A model generated the notes under the pieces. The model had not been told where the DNA came from. It was given only the letters and a program-made list of their open reading frames with translations, and did not search any database. Position numbers and translations under genes: made by a program. A stretch of DNA of 64,000 nucleotides from Bdellovibrionales bacterium (GTDB lineage: Bacteria; Bdellovibrionota; Bdellovibrionia; Bdellovibrionales; JAGQZY01): contig CAXRHT010000002.1 of NCBI GenBank assembly GCA_964230645.1, positions 288,001 to 352,000 on the forward strand, in the 5' to 3' direction. Below, piece by piece: positions 39,071 to 49,209 of the stretch; within the stretch, counting starts at the first letter, position 1; each line of letters begins with the position of its first letter.

Positions 39071-41615
39071 ATTCAAACAGAGTCTCTAGAGTCTCGTTCA
39101 AATCAAGACTTTCTTGATCGACGAGTCTTTGAACATTTTCGATCTCCGCCGGACTCCAAAATGTGGAATAGGCTTCCGCACCATCTAATAGAGAGACATC
39201 AAGGTCTCGTCCCGGGCTATTGCCATCCTGGTTGGGCTCTCCCACGGGCTCTTCAATCAAGAGATCGGGCCAAACACCTTTTTGATTGCGGCTTATTCCT
39301 TGAGGACTGAAGAATTCTAAAGAGGTCACAAGAAGCCCCATTTTCTTACCATCCGAGAGTTCAAGGGGTGAGTAGTATTGATTCACCAGTTTACCAAAAC
39401 TGCGGGTTCCAAGGGTGAGGGAACGTCCTAGATCCTTTAGGTTACCGGCAACGATTTCAGCGGCACTCTTTGATTTCTCATCAATAAGAACCACCAAAGG
39501 CAATTGATCATTCAAGAATAACTCAGGATCAGCCTGAAAGTCTCGCACCTGATCACTAAAACGAGAACCCATGGTGTAAAGGGCGATGGGGGTGTTTTTA
39601 ACAAATAAACTCATCACATTCATCGCTTCCTGGGTGTTGCCACCAGGGTTACCTTGCAGGTCAAGCACCAGAGCCTCAATCTCTTCTTCGTTTAGAATCG
39701 TTTGAATTTTTTGTCTTAACAAGGCCGCAAGACCAGCTTCAAATGAGGCAAGCTTAATCACAAGAGTCTTTTTTGCAGCGATCCTTTCTACCTGCAATTG
39801 GTAAAAAGAATCCAGAGGGTCAAGGGCGCGAGCCTGAAATAAGAACTCACTCTTCTCCCCCAAAGAGTTTTCGACCACCAATTCAAGAGGTGTCTCTTTA
39901 TCAACAAGAAGACGGTCGAGAGAATCATAACTTAAATTCTTTGCCTCCTCCCCGTTGATCTCGAGGATCTTATCCCCCACCTCAATCCCGTAGATTTGAT
40001 TCACTTCCGGGTGAACCTTGGCAAAATAATGAGCGCCACTCACGCCGGTTTGAATGGACACGCCATAGTAAAGGCCAGAAGAATGACCATTGAGTGTGGC
40101 CTGGGTTTGTTGATTGTTCTCAAACACCACTGAGTAATCATCCTGAGATGCTAGAGCTGCGGTCACAAACCACTCGGCATGGGAGAGTCGATCAAGAGAC
40201 TTGGTAAGGTATTGTCTAAGCTGTCCACTGGAGACATCAAGGGACGACGCCGGCGAGTGACCTTTGATGGGCTGACTTTGCATTTTATCTAAAATCTTTT
40301 GTTGTAAAGGCGATAGTGCCCCTAAGCTCTCCACCTGAAAATTATTTTGCTTCAGCTTGTTAAAAAGGGCTGTGACCTCAGCCGTCTTTACTAGAAATTC
40401 CTCTCGGAGCTCCTCAATAAAAGGAAGAAGAGCGGAGCAGTCCCCGGCTCGTCCCTTTTCAAATTCATTCATTAATTGCGCTAGCATGGGGTCATAGGGA
40501 TGAGGGCTTCTCATCGCCGCGCTGTATTTCTCCCGAGTCTCTAAACTCAAAAGAATTCCCTCGGGATCTGCTATAAAAGCAAAGTTTTTAAAAAAGCGAC
40601 GGTACTCCTCGATGTCCTTTATACCGAAAATACTGCGCTCAAAATGAAACTTCAGTACGAGGCTAAAATTGTTGCCAAGATTCCCGCAGGAAAAGCTTCC
40701 ACCACGAGGTCCATCCGGAAGTACAGAAGAAGGTTCTTCACTTTCTGCATGGCTAAGATCAAGAGTATTGGCGAGTTCCATGGGAAAAGGAGTGCCTGGA
40801 GTGGGCTGATAAATGGGATCACAAATTTCTTTTTCCACTCTTTCAACATAGCGACAAAGAACGCCATCGATTTCTTTAAGACGCAGTAGGTTTCCTTCAA
40901 TTACATAAAGAAAACTTTGTTTGGCGGTGTATACGTTGTCGGCCTGAGCTTCCACCTTAATTAAAAGAGCCGCAATAGGCTCATCCAATGGTTTAGCAAC
41001 CGATCCTGCCCACTGAGTTTCACTTATGTGCCAAGACCCACCATTATCTAAAATCAGTTTTCTAAGATCGCCGAGAGTTTTTAAACCCGCCTCTGTTGCC
41101 ACGTCTTCGGCCACGGGATTTTGTAGAGGCACAATCTCTTTTCCCCACGCCTCTGAGAGGGCCTCAATGTCCACGTTTTCATCTTCAAGAAGGAAGAGGT
41201 CACCATAGGCTGAAGCTGGCATCCCAAAAGTTTCGCAGCGCCAATCACTCTCCCACTCACCTTCCTCGTTGATGGCCTCACCCATCACACAATCTTTTGA
41301 TTCCACGAAAACCAACTTAATAAGACCAGGAAGAAAATTGATATAAGTTAAAGTCTGCATCTGGCGGGAGCCATTTTTAATACCGTCGGTCTCTAAAACA
41401 TAGCCTGAGTATACCTGATCGCGGTACTCGATATTTTCTTTGGTGCTCCAGCGATGCTCATAATTGGGATTTACGTCTTCCCACCTCTTAAAAAACTGCT
41501 CAAGACTAGAGAGACGAAAGTTCTCGGCTTGATAAAGAGCAGGAAAATCCTCTCCCGCCAACGAATAATTTGTGAGCAACAACGTTAATACAATAATTGT
41601 GACATTTTTAAACAC
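39069..41615 (-). CDS. S41-family C-terminal processing peptidase (PDZ + S41) with long N-terminal extension
   Basis: GIEVGDKILEING (PDZ), LDLQGNPGG, SKSAAEI, GTRSFGK, GVWPD. Likely start GTG 41615 with GGGAG RBS. Confidence 0.85.
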   Translation of the reverse strand: MFKNVTIIVLTLLLTNYSLAGEDFPALYQAENFRLSSLEQFFKRWEDVNPNYEHRWSTKENIEYRDQVYSGYVLETDGIKNGSRQMQTLTYINFLPGLIKLVFVESKDCVMGEAINEEGEWESDWRCETFGMPASAYGDLFLLEDENVDIEALSEAWGKEIVPLQNPVAEDVATEAGLKTLGDLRKLILDNGGSWHISETQWAGSVAKPLDEPIAALLIKVEAQADNVYTAKQSFLYVIEGNLLRLKEIDGVLCRYVERVEKEICDPIYQPTPGTPFPMELANTLDLSHAESEEPSSVLPDGPRGGSFSCGNLGNNFSLVLKFHFERSIFGIKDIEEYRRFFKNFAFIADPEGILLSLETREKYSAAMRSPHPYDPMLAQLMNEFEKGRAGDCSALLPFIEELREEFLVKTAEVTALFNKLKQNNFQVESLGALSPLQQKILDKMQSQPIKGHSPASSLDVSSGQLRQYLTKSLDRLSHAEWFVTAALASQDDYSVVFENNQQTQATLNGHSSGLYYGVSIQTGVSGAHYFAKVHPEVNQIYGIEVGDKILEINGEEAKNLSYDSLDRLLVDKETPLELVVENSLGEKSEFLFQARALDPLDSFYQLQVERIAAKKTLVIKLASFEAGLAALLRQKIQTILNEEEIEALVLDLQGNPGGNTQEAMNVMSLFVKNTPIALYTMGSRFSDQVRDFQADPELFLNDQLPLVVLIDEKSKSAAEIVAGNLKDLGRSLTLGTRSFGKLVNQYYSPLELSDGKKMGLLVTSLEFFSPQGISRNQKGVWPDLLIEEPVGEPNQDGNSPGRDLDVSLLDGAEAYSTFWSPAEIENVQRLVDQESLDLNETLETLFE

Positions 41616-41942
41616 CCAAGACTCCCAATAGTTTGATCCCAATAATGCTCAATCTTTAATATTTCCCATAGATTGATGAATAGGCCTTTGTCTAAAACCC
41701 TCCCCCCATAAAAACAATGCATGCTTTTTTATAAAGGCAATAATGATCCCTTATAGAGGTTCCCTGGGCCTTGTGTGTCCTTTGACCCTGTCGCCTTCGG
41801 AGCTTTGAATTTATTTTAGAAAAATTTATAATTTTTATTTCGTACCCCATCGCTGCGAAAAGCCGAAAAAAGAAACTCGCTATAAGTCGTTGCAGCCAAT
41901 TCTATACTACATACCGAGGCCTTCAGCGGTTATCATACTCTC

Positions 41943-43121
41943 ATGACCCAAGAACCCTCTATTGCCATTATGATCCACGACCTGAAAAGCGTGGAAGGTC
42001 ACAGCTCCTCGATGCTCGAAATTGCAAAAAGGTTGAATAAGAAATTCCCTCTTGAAATCCACTCCTACACTCTTGAAGATGATCCTGACTGGGGTAATAT
42101 TCAGCACATTCCCTATGAAAATCGGATGAGTGGATCGAAAATATTGAAATCTCTGAATTACCACTGGAGCAGTTGGAAAAAATTGAGACAAAGCGAAACT
42201 CGTTGGGTGCAATCAACCGGAGTGTCTTCATTCAAATGTGATGTGATTCATGTTCCTTTGATCAATCATACTTGGGCTAGAGTGAAAGACAAAATTACTC
42301 CTTTAAGTCATCAGAATCTATTCAGTAAAGCCTTTGACGAGTCTGTGAGTTCCTACAAACTCTACTTAGAAAAAAAGATTTTTCAGAACGATAAAAAATT
42401 TATCGCCGTTTCTCATGCTGTCAAAAAAGAGCTCATGGAATTTTTTGATATTTCCTCAGAGAATATTGAGATCATATACTATGGCGTTGACTCCGATCAT
42501 TTTATTCCATGGTTTGGTTTCGAAGGAAAAAGGCAAGAGATCCGTCAGCAGATGGGCTTAAAGGAGTCAGAGTTTGTCTTACTGCAAATGGACGCCTTCA
42601 CTCCCCGACGAGGCTTGCTGCAAGGCTTGCAGGTGCTTTCCGTCTTAAAGAAAAATAAACTCGATCAGGTTAAATTATTGGCCGTCGGTGATGGCGATCA
42701 GCGGCTTTTTGAAAGGTGGGTTGCAAAGTTGGATCTTAAAGATCGAGTGATTTTTGAAAGCCCGAAGCGCTCCTTGCGCGACTATTATTGGGCGGCCGAC
42801 ACTCTCTTCTTTCCCAGTTACTATGAGCCCTTTGGACTCTATGCCCTAGAGGCTCTTTCTTGCCAACTCCCCGTAGTGATCAGCCAGTGGGCAGGATGTG
42901 CCGAATTGATGAAAGACCATGAGTCTGCTTTGTTTATCGACCCTTTCTCACGTCCTGAAAAAATCTCCAATATTCTCCTTGAAGTCATTAAAGACCCTGA
43001 AAAAGCCAAGAGACTTGGTGAAAACGGCCGCAAGGTCGCAGAGAATAGGAGCTGGGACCAAGTGGGTTTTGACTATATCCGTTTTTACAAAGATCTGAAT
43101 GAAAAAGAGCCTAAAGAGTAA
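41943..43121 (+). CDS. GT4-family glycosyltransferase
   Basis: IAVSHAVK, YYGVD, FPSYYEPFGLYALEALSCQLPVV. Confidence 0.9.
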   Translation: MTQEPSIAIMIHDLKSVEGHSSSMLEIAKRLNKKFPLEIHSYTLEDDPDWGNIQHIPYENRMSGSKILKSLNYHWSSWKKLRQSETRWVQSTGVSSFKCDVIHVPLINHTWARVKDKITPLSHQNLFSKAFDESVSSYKLYLEKKIFQNDKKFIAVSHAVKKELMEFFDISSENIEIIYYGVDSDHFIPWFGFEGKRQEIRQQMGLKESEFVLLQMDAFTPRRGLLQGLQVLSVLKKNKLDQVKLLAVGDGDQRLFERWVAKLDLKDRVIFESPKRSLRDYYWAADTLFFPSYYEPFGLYALEALSCQLPVVISQWAGCAELMKDHESALFIDPFSRPEKISNILLEVIKDPEKAKRLGENGRKVAENRSWDQVGFDYIRFYKDLNEKEPKE

Positions 43122-43377
43122 GCTCTTTATCAATAAGGGGGCTTTAAAAAGTTCAATATTTAGGCATCCTTACTAAAAATTACCCCCCTTTCTTTACATT
43201 AATTGTAAGACCCTGTAATTTCAGTTAATTTTTAAACCCTTAGCTCCCTTTAAATTGGCTCTGAGACTGTTTTTTTCAAGAGTGACCCGAAGGCTGTTAG
43301 GGTATTGTTAAGACGGAAAATCATTTGGACATAAGGCCGTAGGCTATGATTTTCTTTTCTTAGGGGGAAATTTCTAC

Positions 43378-44265
43378 ATGGGACTCAAGACAACTGTTGC
43401 TTTTACCTCACTGCTTGCACTGCTCCTTACTTTTCAGCCAGCTCACGCAGCACCTTCTAAAGTTAAAATTTCCACACTCAATCTTAAATGGTACGGTATC
43501 GGTGGCTTCATGTGGAATGACGCTGAAGATGAGTTCCGTAGAGAGAATATAAAAAAATTTATTGATCAGGTTCTTCACGACAGTGAAATCATTGTCTTTA
43601 CTGAAATCGTTGAAACCGCGGACCTCAAAGCGCTGATGCAAGACCGAATGGATTGTGTCACCTACGAAGGCGAATGGAGTCGTCATCAGCATGTGGTGGC
43701 TTGCTTTGAAAAAGACAAGTTCCGCGCTGAGAAGTTCGATTCTGATTATATTATTTCCGAAGCGGCCCTTGGTAGCGGTGGCCTGCGCCCGGCCCTACAG
43801 GTCAAAATTTGCGAAAAAAAGGGAGAGTGTTTTCTGCAAGTTCTTGGTGTGCATTTGGCCGCTAAGAACAAAACGGAAAAACGGGCCGAACAACTGAAAA
43901 CTGTGAATGAAAACTTAAAGCGTCAAACCAAGCGTCTTCCCACGGTCATTGCTGGAGACTTTAATTCCTACATTAAAGAACAAACCGGTGGTGACAAAGA
44001 TGATATGGAAATTTTTGAGGAAGTCCTATCTGAAGACCTTGTTCCTTTTCGCTCGGTGACCAAACATATTCCCACCTACAACTCCGGTGAACGTGGTCGT
44101 GCTTACGATCATATTGTTGTCTCTCAGGGGATATCGGTCAATCGAGTTTGGGGCTATGAGGCCTGTGCCAAAGAGCCCAATTTAGAAAAGAAGTTTATCC
44201 CTTATGGAAGTTATAGAAGGTACTACACCGATCACTGTCCTGTTACGGCAGAGATTGAACTCTAA
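43378..44265 (+). CDS. Secreted endonuclease/exonuclease/phosphatase (EEP) family protein
   Basis: Signal peptide; STLNL, FTEI, GVHL, IAGDFN, YDHI, TDHCPV. Confidence 0.88.
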   Translation: MGLKTTVAFTSLLALLLTFQPAHAAPSKVKISTLNLKWYGIGGFMWNDAEDEFRRENIKKFIDQVLHDSEIIVFTEIVETADLKALMQDRMDCVTYEGEWSRHQHVVACFEKDKFRAEKFDSDYIISEAALGSGGLRPALQVKICEKKGECFLQVLGVHLAAKNKTEKRAEQLKTVNENLKRQTKRLPTVIAGDFNSYIKEQTGGDKDDMEIFEEVLSEDLVPFRSVTKHIPTYNSGERGRAYDHIVVSQGISVNRVWGYEACAKEPNLEKKFIPYGSYRRYYTDHCPVTAEIEL

Positions 44266-44284
44266 ATTCTAACAAGGAGTAAGG

Positions 44285-45208
44285 ATGCTCAGAATTTTCA
44301 GCTTGTTTTTCATCATCAGCATGGCACCGCACCTCAAAGCGGGCGACATTATCGCCGAAAACCAGACCTTTTACTACGGGGCGGGCTTTGAAGCCGGAGA
44401 GATTCAAAAAATGGCTCAAACATTTGAGCCCACCACCAAAATGAGCTCGGACGCTCTCAATCCTTTTTTCCGTGGAGATTTTAAAAAGAAATTGCACCAC
44501 ATCCTCAGAAGCTATCATATCTCACGTGCCGGAGACTTTGATGAGATTGTGGAGTTTTGCCACATCGACGATGACGATCGCTGCTACAACCATTTGCGAT
44601 TGGGTTACAAAACGGCCCGCCGTAACCTTTTTGGTTTTCTTCATCTCGAAGGCACAAGCAACAGCTCTTATAAAATTGAAACTCACTACTGTGGTGAGTG
44701 GTACACTAACAACGACTTTCCCGGTGGCAATAGCCTGGGCCCTATGAAAATACCATCGGCTAATATCGTCAACACCGAGCACACTCATCCGCAGAGCCAT
44801 TTCACTAATAAATTTTCTAAGAGCCTGCAAAAAGGCGATTTACACGCTCTTTTCCCTACCGTGTCCAGCGTTAACTCCACCAGAGGCAATGAACCCTTTG
44901 GTGAAGTGGTTGAGGTGATCAATGCTCCTTGTGCAGAGTCAGCCTTAGGCAACAACAAATACCATGAGCGTGTTTTTGAGCCCGCTGAAAGAGTAAAAGG
45001 TAACGTTGCCAGAGCCAAATTTTATTTCGCCACTCGCTACGACGTCAAAATCTCGGAACACGAGGAGGAAGTCCTAAGAGCCTGGCACAAACAAGACCCT
45101 GTTGACCGCGAGGAAAAAGAAAGAGCGCAACTCATTTTTGAAATCCAACATGTGCGCAACCCTTATATCGATCACCCCGAGTGGGTCGATCAAGTCGAAG
45201 ACTTCTAA
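44285..45208 (+). CDS. Secreted endonuclease I (His-Me finger) family nuclease
   Basis: NTEHTHPQS, DLHALFP...VNSTRGN, FEP...KGNVARA.FYF, W..QDPVD..E..R, RNPYIDHP. Confidence 0.9.
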   Translation: MLRIFSLFFIISMAPHLKAGDIIAENQTFYYGAGFEAGEIQKMAQTFEPTTKMSSDALNPFFRGDFKKKLHHILRSYHISRAGDFDEIVEFCHIDDDDRCYNHLRLGYKTARRNLFGFLHLEGTSNSSYKIETHYCGEWYTNNDFPGGNSLGPMKIPSANIVNTEHTHPQSHFTNKFSKSLQKGDLHALFPTVSSVNSTRGNEPFGEVVEVINAPCAESALGNNKYHERVFEPAERVKGNVARAKFYFATRYDVKISEHEEEVLRAWHKQDPVDREEKERAQLIFEIQHVRNPYIDHPEWVDQVEDF

Positions 45209-45239
45209 TCAAATAAGAAAATAAAAATTTAGTTTTGAT

Positions 45240-45268
45240 AAAAAGGACTCCCAAAGAGTCCTTTTTTT
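45240..45268 (+). terminator. Intrinsic terminator
   Basis: AAAAGGACTC-ccaaa-GAGTCCTTTTTTT after the nuclease operon. Confidence 0.8.
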
Positions 45269-45300
45269 ATACCCAAAAGGAGCCAAGCTTCTTTTTCCTA

Positions 45301-45378
45301 GTGTCATCCTGAGCGGAGCGAAAGAGTGTCATCTTGAGCGGAGCGAAGGAGTGTCATCCTGAGCGGAGCGAAGGATCT
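45301..45378 (+). repeat. Three tandem 25-bp copies of the REP-like palindrome
   Basis: GTGTCATC(C/T)TGAGCGGAGCGAA(A/G)GA at 45301, 45326, 45351; the last copy is complete (..AGGATCT). Confidence 0.9.
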
Positions 45379-45636
45379 TCTTACTGTAAAGGCGCCAAGC
45401 ACCTTTTTGGATATTTTAGGGCTTGTAAAAAAAGTTTACGATTGGATCTCTTTGGGGTGTTTAATGTTTTTACAGTGAAAAGGGTCTTAAAGAGGTATAG
45501 AGCCTAAAGCGACAATGAGGGGCACCTCCTGACACTTTTATTAACTTGTTTACAATTTGCCTGCAAAAAAAACAATCAAAGCTTCAAAGCCACTATAATA
45601 GGGACAAGCCAAACGGATAAGATTTTGGAGGACAAA

Positions 45637-46011
45637 ATGAAAAACAAAAAATTCTTTGGAATGAGTTTACAAATGATTGTTGCGATAACTGTGCTATTTG
45701 GAGTTCACTCAACCTCCCAGGCCAATACGGAAGCTACATTTAAACCGATTTACAAGGTCGACCGTTGTGACTGTCTAGGGTTTAGTGAAGATATCCCTAC
45801 TTTCCTCTCCGATCTTGCGGGAACACAAGATCTTGGAATTTACGGAGAAGGACCAAGCCTTGCTCAAGCCGAAAAACAAGCACAACATATGTGTAAGGAA
45901 ACCTACCGCTCGTATGCCAGCGCCTCAGTCTCTGAAGATGTTAATTCTGTGACTCAATCGGGTTGTCAAAAGCTACAGAGCACGCCTCACGGTGAGTGGG
46001 TCAGTCTTTAA
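45637..46011 (+). CDS. Small secreted Cys-rich hypothetical protein
   Basis: ATG 45637 after GGAGG; signal peptide; CDC...MC...GC. Confidence 0.75.
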   Translation: MKNKKFFGMSLQMIVAITVLFGVHSTSQANTEATFKPIYKVDRCDCLGFSEDIPTFLSDLAGTQDLGIYGEGPSLAQAEKQAQHMCKETYRSYASASVSEDVNSVTQSGCQKLQSTPHGEWVSL

Positions 46012-46184
46012 TGACCCAATGGTCAGAATTACCGACTAAAGTCCTTTAAACAAAGGACTTTCTGTCCTTGGCTGTCTAGTAAAATGGCAGCTAAAGTTAA
46101 AATAATTACAAGCTAGTTAACACACTCCACTTGCTTCCTAATTTTTGTGTTAAATTAAGAGGCAATTACGATAGGGGTAAAGAT

Positions 46185-46604
46185 ATGAAGCTATTATTTA
46201 TAACTCTTTTTACGCTCGTTTTTTCTATTTCTGCTCTCGCAGGAAGTGACTCTAAACGCGTTATGTACGCCGAGTGCGCCTGTGAAGTGAGTAACCAAGA
46301 TATGGTTCCGATCAACCCGGGCCATCAAGCCGTGGCCAACCCTTTTATGGGACTGGCTGGAAGTACTGAGCCTTATTTCTCTGCTCGAGGTTCTTGGAAT
46401 ATTCAAGAGGAAGACTGTGACACTGATTCAAATGGTGAGCCCAATAAAGCCTGTGGACGTGCGAAGTTCCGCGCTGAAATGAGAGCCATGGGAAGCTGCT
46501 GGGATATTGCCGAGCGCTACAACCCGAACCTTATGAGAAACGAAGTTATGGGACTCGGTGAGCTTGTTCCTGACTCTTGCCTTTTTGCTATCGAAGAAGA
46601 GTAA
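46185..46604 (+). CDS. Small secreted Cys-rich hypothetical protein
   Basis: Likely start ATG 46185 (MKLLFITLFTLVFSISALA); CAC...C...C...SC...SC. Confidence 0.75.
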   Translation: MKLLFITLFTLVFSISALAGSDSKRVMYAECACEVSNQDMVPINPGHQAVANPFMGLAGSTEPYFSARGSWNIQEEDCDTDSNGEPNKACGRAKFRAEMRAMGSCWDIAERYNPNLMRNEVMGLGELVPDSCLFAIEEE

Positions 46605-46628
46605 AAAGAGAATGAAATTCTAGTTATT

Positions 46629-46658
46629 AAAAAAAGGAGCTTTTTAGGCTCCTTTTTT
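46629..46658. terminator. Bidirectional intrinsic terminator
   Basis: AAAAAAAGGAGC-ttttag-GCTCCTTTTTT between convergent genes. Confidence 0.8.
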
Positions 46659-47565
46659 ATTGTTTTCGCACTACCGCAAAATATATGGGGCCCCATCCTT
46701 CTTGATCAGGAAGATACTGCCGACCGTACTCAGTTTTCTCTGATTTTTGATACTCCGGTGATTCAAGTACTTTTACCTCACCCTCTTTTCGCTTTAAGAG
46801 TTTTGCAATGACTTGATCGTTTTCATAGGGCGAAATGGAACATGTGCTATAAACGATTCGTCCTCCCGGTTTCAGGCTACTAAAAGCTGAGGCCAGAAGA
46901 GAGTACTGACGAATGCCAAAGTTTTTGGAACGTTTTTCTTTCCACTCAGCCAATTCCGTTTTTTTCTGGACTACGCCCCTTTCTCCTGAACAAGGAGCAT
47001 CCAACAGAATGCGATCAAAACACTCTTTTTTAAACAAACCGATTTTTGACCCATCAACACCCGTTATCTCAATACGCTGCCGTATTTCTTTGGGTAAATG
47101 ACCCTTAAAAACGCTCATCATACGATGGCGTCTTTTCACAGAGAGTTCATTGGCCACCATCTTTCCGCTAAGATCAAATTCCTCTGCAGGATTAAATAAA
47201 CTCTCTAATAACACCAATGTCTTACCACCAGGAGCGGCACACATATCGAGAACTTGATCTCCTCTTTGAATGTCCAAAGCTTTGGCAGGAGCTAGGCTCG
47301 CAGGGTCCATGCGGTAGTAAGGTTTGATCTCTTGATTCCATAGGCTTGGATCAAAATTTTCAAGGATCTTAAAACAATGGGGCCACTCGGAAATAGCCTC
47401 CCCCACTCCCAGTTGCTCGGGATTTTTAGGAAGAGACGCGAATAAGTTTTGTCTGGCTACTTTTTCGTCTTTATGAAAGAGGGCATCAAAAATTTCAGGC
47501 CAGCGCGAGCCATAAACTTGAGTGAAATACTTTTCAAAAGCCTCTTCCCCTTTTAAGGCTTTCAC
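46657..47565 (-). CDS. RsmB/NOP-family RNA m5C methyltransferase
   Basis: VLDMCAAPGGKT, FDRILLDAPCSG, IVYSTCS. Confidence 0.92.
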   Translation of the reverse strand: MKALKGEEAFEKYFTQVYGSRWPEIFDALFHKDEKVARQNLFASLPKNPEQLGVGEAISEWPHCFKILENFDPSLWNQEIKPYYRMDPASLAPAKALDIQRGDQVLDMCAAPGGKTLVLLESLFNPAEEFDLSGKMVANELSVKRRHRMMSVFKGHLPKEIRQRIEITGVDGSKIGLFKKECFDRILLDAPCSGERGVVQKKTELAEWKEKRSKNFGIRQYSLLASAFSSLKPGGRIVYSTCSISPYENDQVIAKLLKRKEGEVKVLESPEYQKSEKTEYGRQYLPDQEGWGPIYFAVVRKQ

Positions 47566-48392
47566 TGGGTACTCTTCTCTCGGCCTATTTTAAGGGAGTT
47601 AATAATTTCAACGCGATCCCTGATGGACTCAAGCCCCGCCTTTTTAACCGCGCGGTGAAGCTCTTTTGGAAATTCGGACTTGAAGGTCAAAAAAGCTTCC
47701 GAAGAAGTCCAAACTCTGAAAACCACCACTATACAATTCTCTTTAAACTCACTGACATAAAAATAAGGGGCCGGTTCATTAAGAGCGAGCGAATTTCTGG
47801 AGGCTACGTCCATAAATATTTTCTCGGTCTGACTTATACTCTCTTTATTGGAAATTAAATAAGTCACATCAAGACGACGGATCGGAAAATAACTGGTGTT
47901 ACTCACCGAACTTCCAATGACAGATTCATTGGGAATTCGCACCATCAAGTTATCTAATGTCCGCATGGTTAGAGAGAGAAGATTGCGCGAGACCACCTCG
48001 CCTCTAAAGCCATTGATTTCAATGATATTTCCCACCACAAAGGGACGCTCAAAGAAAAGAAAGAAACCACTGATTAAATTGGAAATTGGGGTTCTTGCCG
48101 CAAACGCGATAGCCAATGTTAGAACACCGGCAGCTCCTAGAATCATTTTTAAATTGATATGAATAAGCTTTAAAAACAAGAGAAGTAGGATACAGTTATA
48201 AACATAAATAACGAATTTTCTTACACTTAAAGCGGCTTGTTTGTCCTTGCGGTGACGGACAAAAAATTCAAAAATTTTATCAAAAAATTTGAGAACGACC
48301 TGACCAATGAAAAGAAATAAAAAGCCAACAAACAAATCTTTCCAGGGTAGGTCGGTTTGAATTTCAGTAAATGCGCGTGTGAGTTCTTCCAT
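47562..48392 (-). CDS. Small-conductance mechanosensitive channel (MscS family)
   Basis: Three TM helices; AIAFAARTPISNLISG, ERPFVVG, RTLDNLMVRIPN. Confidence 0.9.
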   Translation of the reverse strand: MEELTRAFTEIQTDLPWKDLFVGFLFLFIGQVVLKFFDKIFEFFVRHRKDKQAALSVRKFVIYVYNCILLLLFLKLIHINLKMILGAAGVLTLAIAFAARTPISNLISGFFLFFERPFVVGNIIEINGFRGEVVSRNLLSLTMRTLDNLMVRIPNESVIGSSVSNTSYFPIRRLDVTYLISNKESISQTEKIFMDVASRNSLALNEPAPYFYVSEFKENCIVVVFRVWTSSEAFLTFKSEFPKELHRAVKKAGLESIRDRVEIINSLKIGREKSTQ

Positions 48393-48393
48393 T

Positions 48394-49209
48394 TTACCTC
48401 ATGATCTCAGTGGCTGACTTAAAAATTGTCTTAGGAATTTTATCTCGAGGGTTTTGTATAACGGCCGCTCCCTCACCCAATCGAGTGGGTTTAAATATTT
48501 CTAAGTCCTTGATTCTCCCGTTGGAATCAATGCGAATGGACAAAGAGGACGTGATAAAAAGACCTCTTTCATCTTGATAAAGTGTTAGATAGTTCACCGG
48601 AATTTTAAGCTTCTCAATGGGAATGGGGGTCTTTGAACTATTGTGCACATAAAGATGGGTCATGGCTCGATGAGGCCTAAAAGGCAGATTCTTTTCCTTA
48701 AGAGCGGCGTGAATGCGTGTGAAAAAACAGAGTTCTCCCGTGGTTGGTGTTTCTCCAAACCAGGTTTTCACCCGGTTGAGCACAGGGATTTCATCGATCA
48801 CCTCTGTCGTCTCCGCATCACTGAGGCGAACGCTCATAGGTGTGCTCAAATAAATTTTGGCTTTCTCACCAGGGAGCACCATAAAGGTGGTATCCGGCTT
48901 CACTACAAAGGGTCTCTCGCCCAGACAAGGCGCTACTCTTAAAGAGGGGGCTTTTTTAGAGTAGGCAAAACGTTTCTCAGTGAGAAGTGTATCTGGGTAC
49001 ATGCCTTCAAAGGGAAATTGATAATGAAAGGAGGAGTCCATCCAATCGTTGGAGGTCATCCACAAAACGCGAATTTCGTTATCAATTTTTTCCAGGTACA
49101 GATCGAGTGGGCCAAAACGCAAATGAAAACTCTCTCGTTCTTTCATTTCTAGGATCGTTTGAAAGACCTTTAATTTTTCCGCTTCACTTCTTTTCAACTG
49201 GGACTCCAA
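48394..49209 (-). CDS. DUF432-like hypothetical protein
   Basis: RPFVVKP...VLPGEKAKIYLSTP, KTWFGETPTTGELCF; adjacent to MscS. Family call tentative. Confidence 0.55.
   Translation of the reverse strand: MESQLKRSEAEKLKVFQTILEMKERESFHLRFGPLDLYLEKIDNEIRVLWMTSNDWMDSSFHYQFPFEGMYPDTLLTEKRFAYSKKAPSLRVAPCLGERPFVVKPDTTFMVLPGEKAKIYLSTPMSVRLSDAETTEVIDEIPVLNRVKTWFGETPTTGELCFFTRIHAALKEKNLPFRPHRAMTHLYVHNSSKTPIPIEKLKIPVNYLTLYQDERGLFITSSLSIRIDSNGRIKDLEIFKPTRLGEGAAVIQNPRDKIPKTIFKSATEIMR

Noticed and set aside
41700..41900. GC-richer intergenic stretch as a possible ncRNA or riboswitch
   Set aside because: Only weak pairing and no family motif I can recognise; an Rfam/Infernal scan would be needed.
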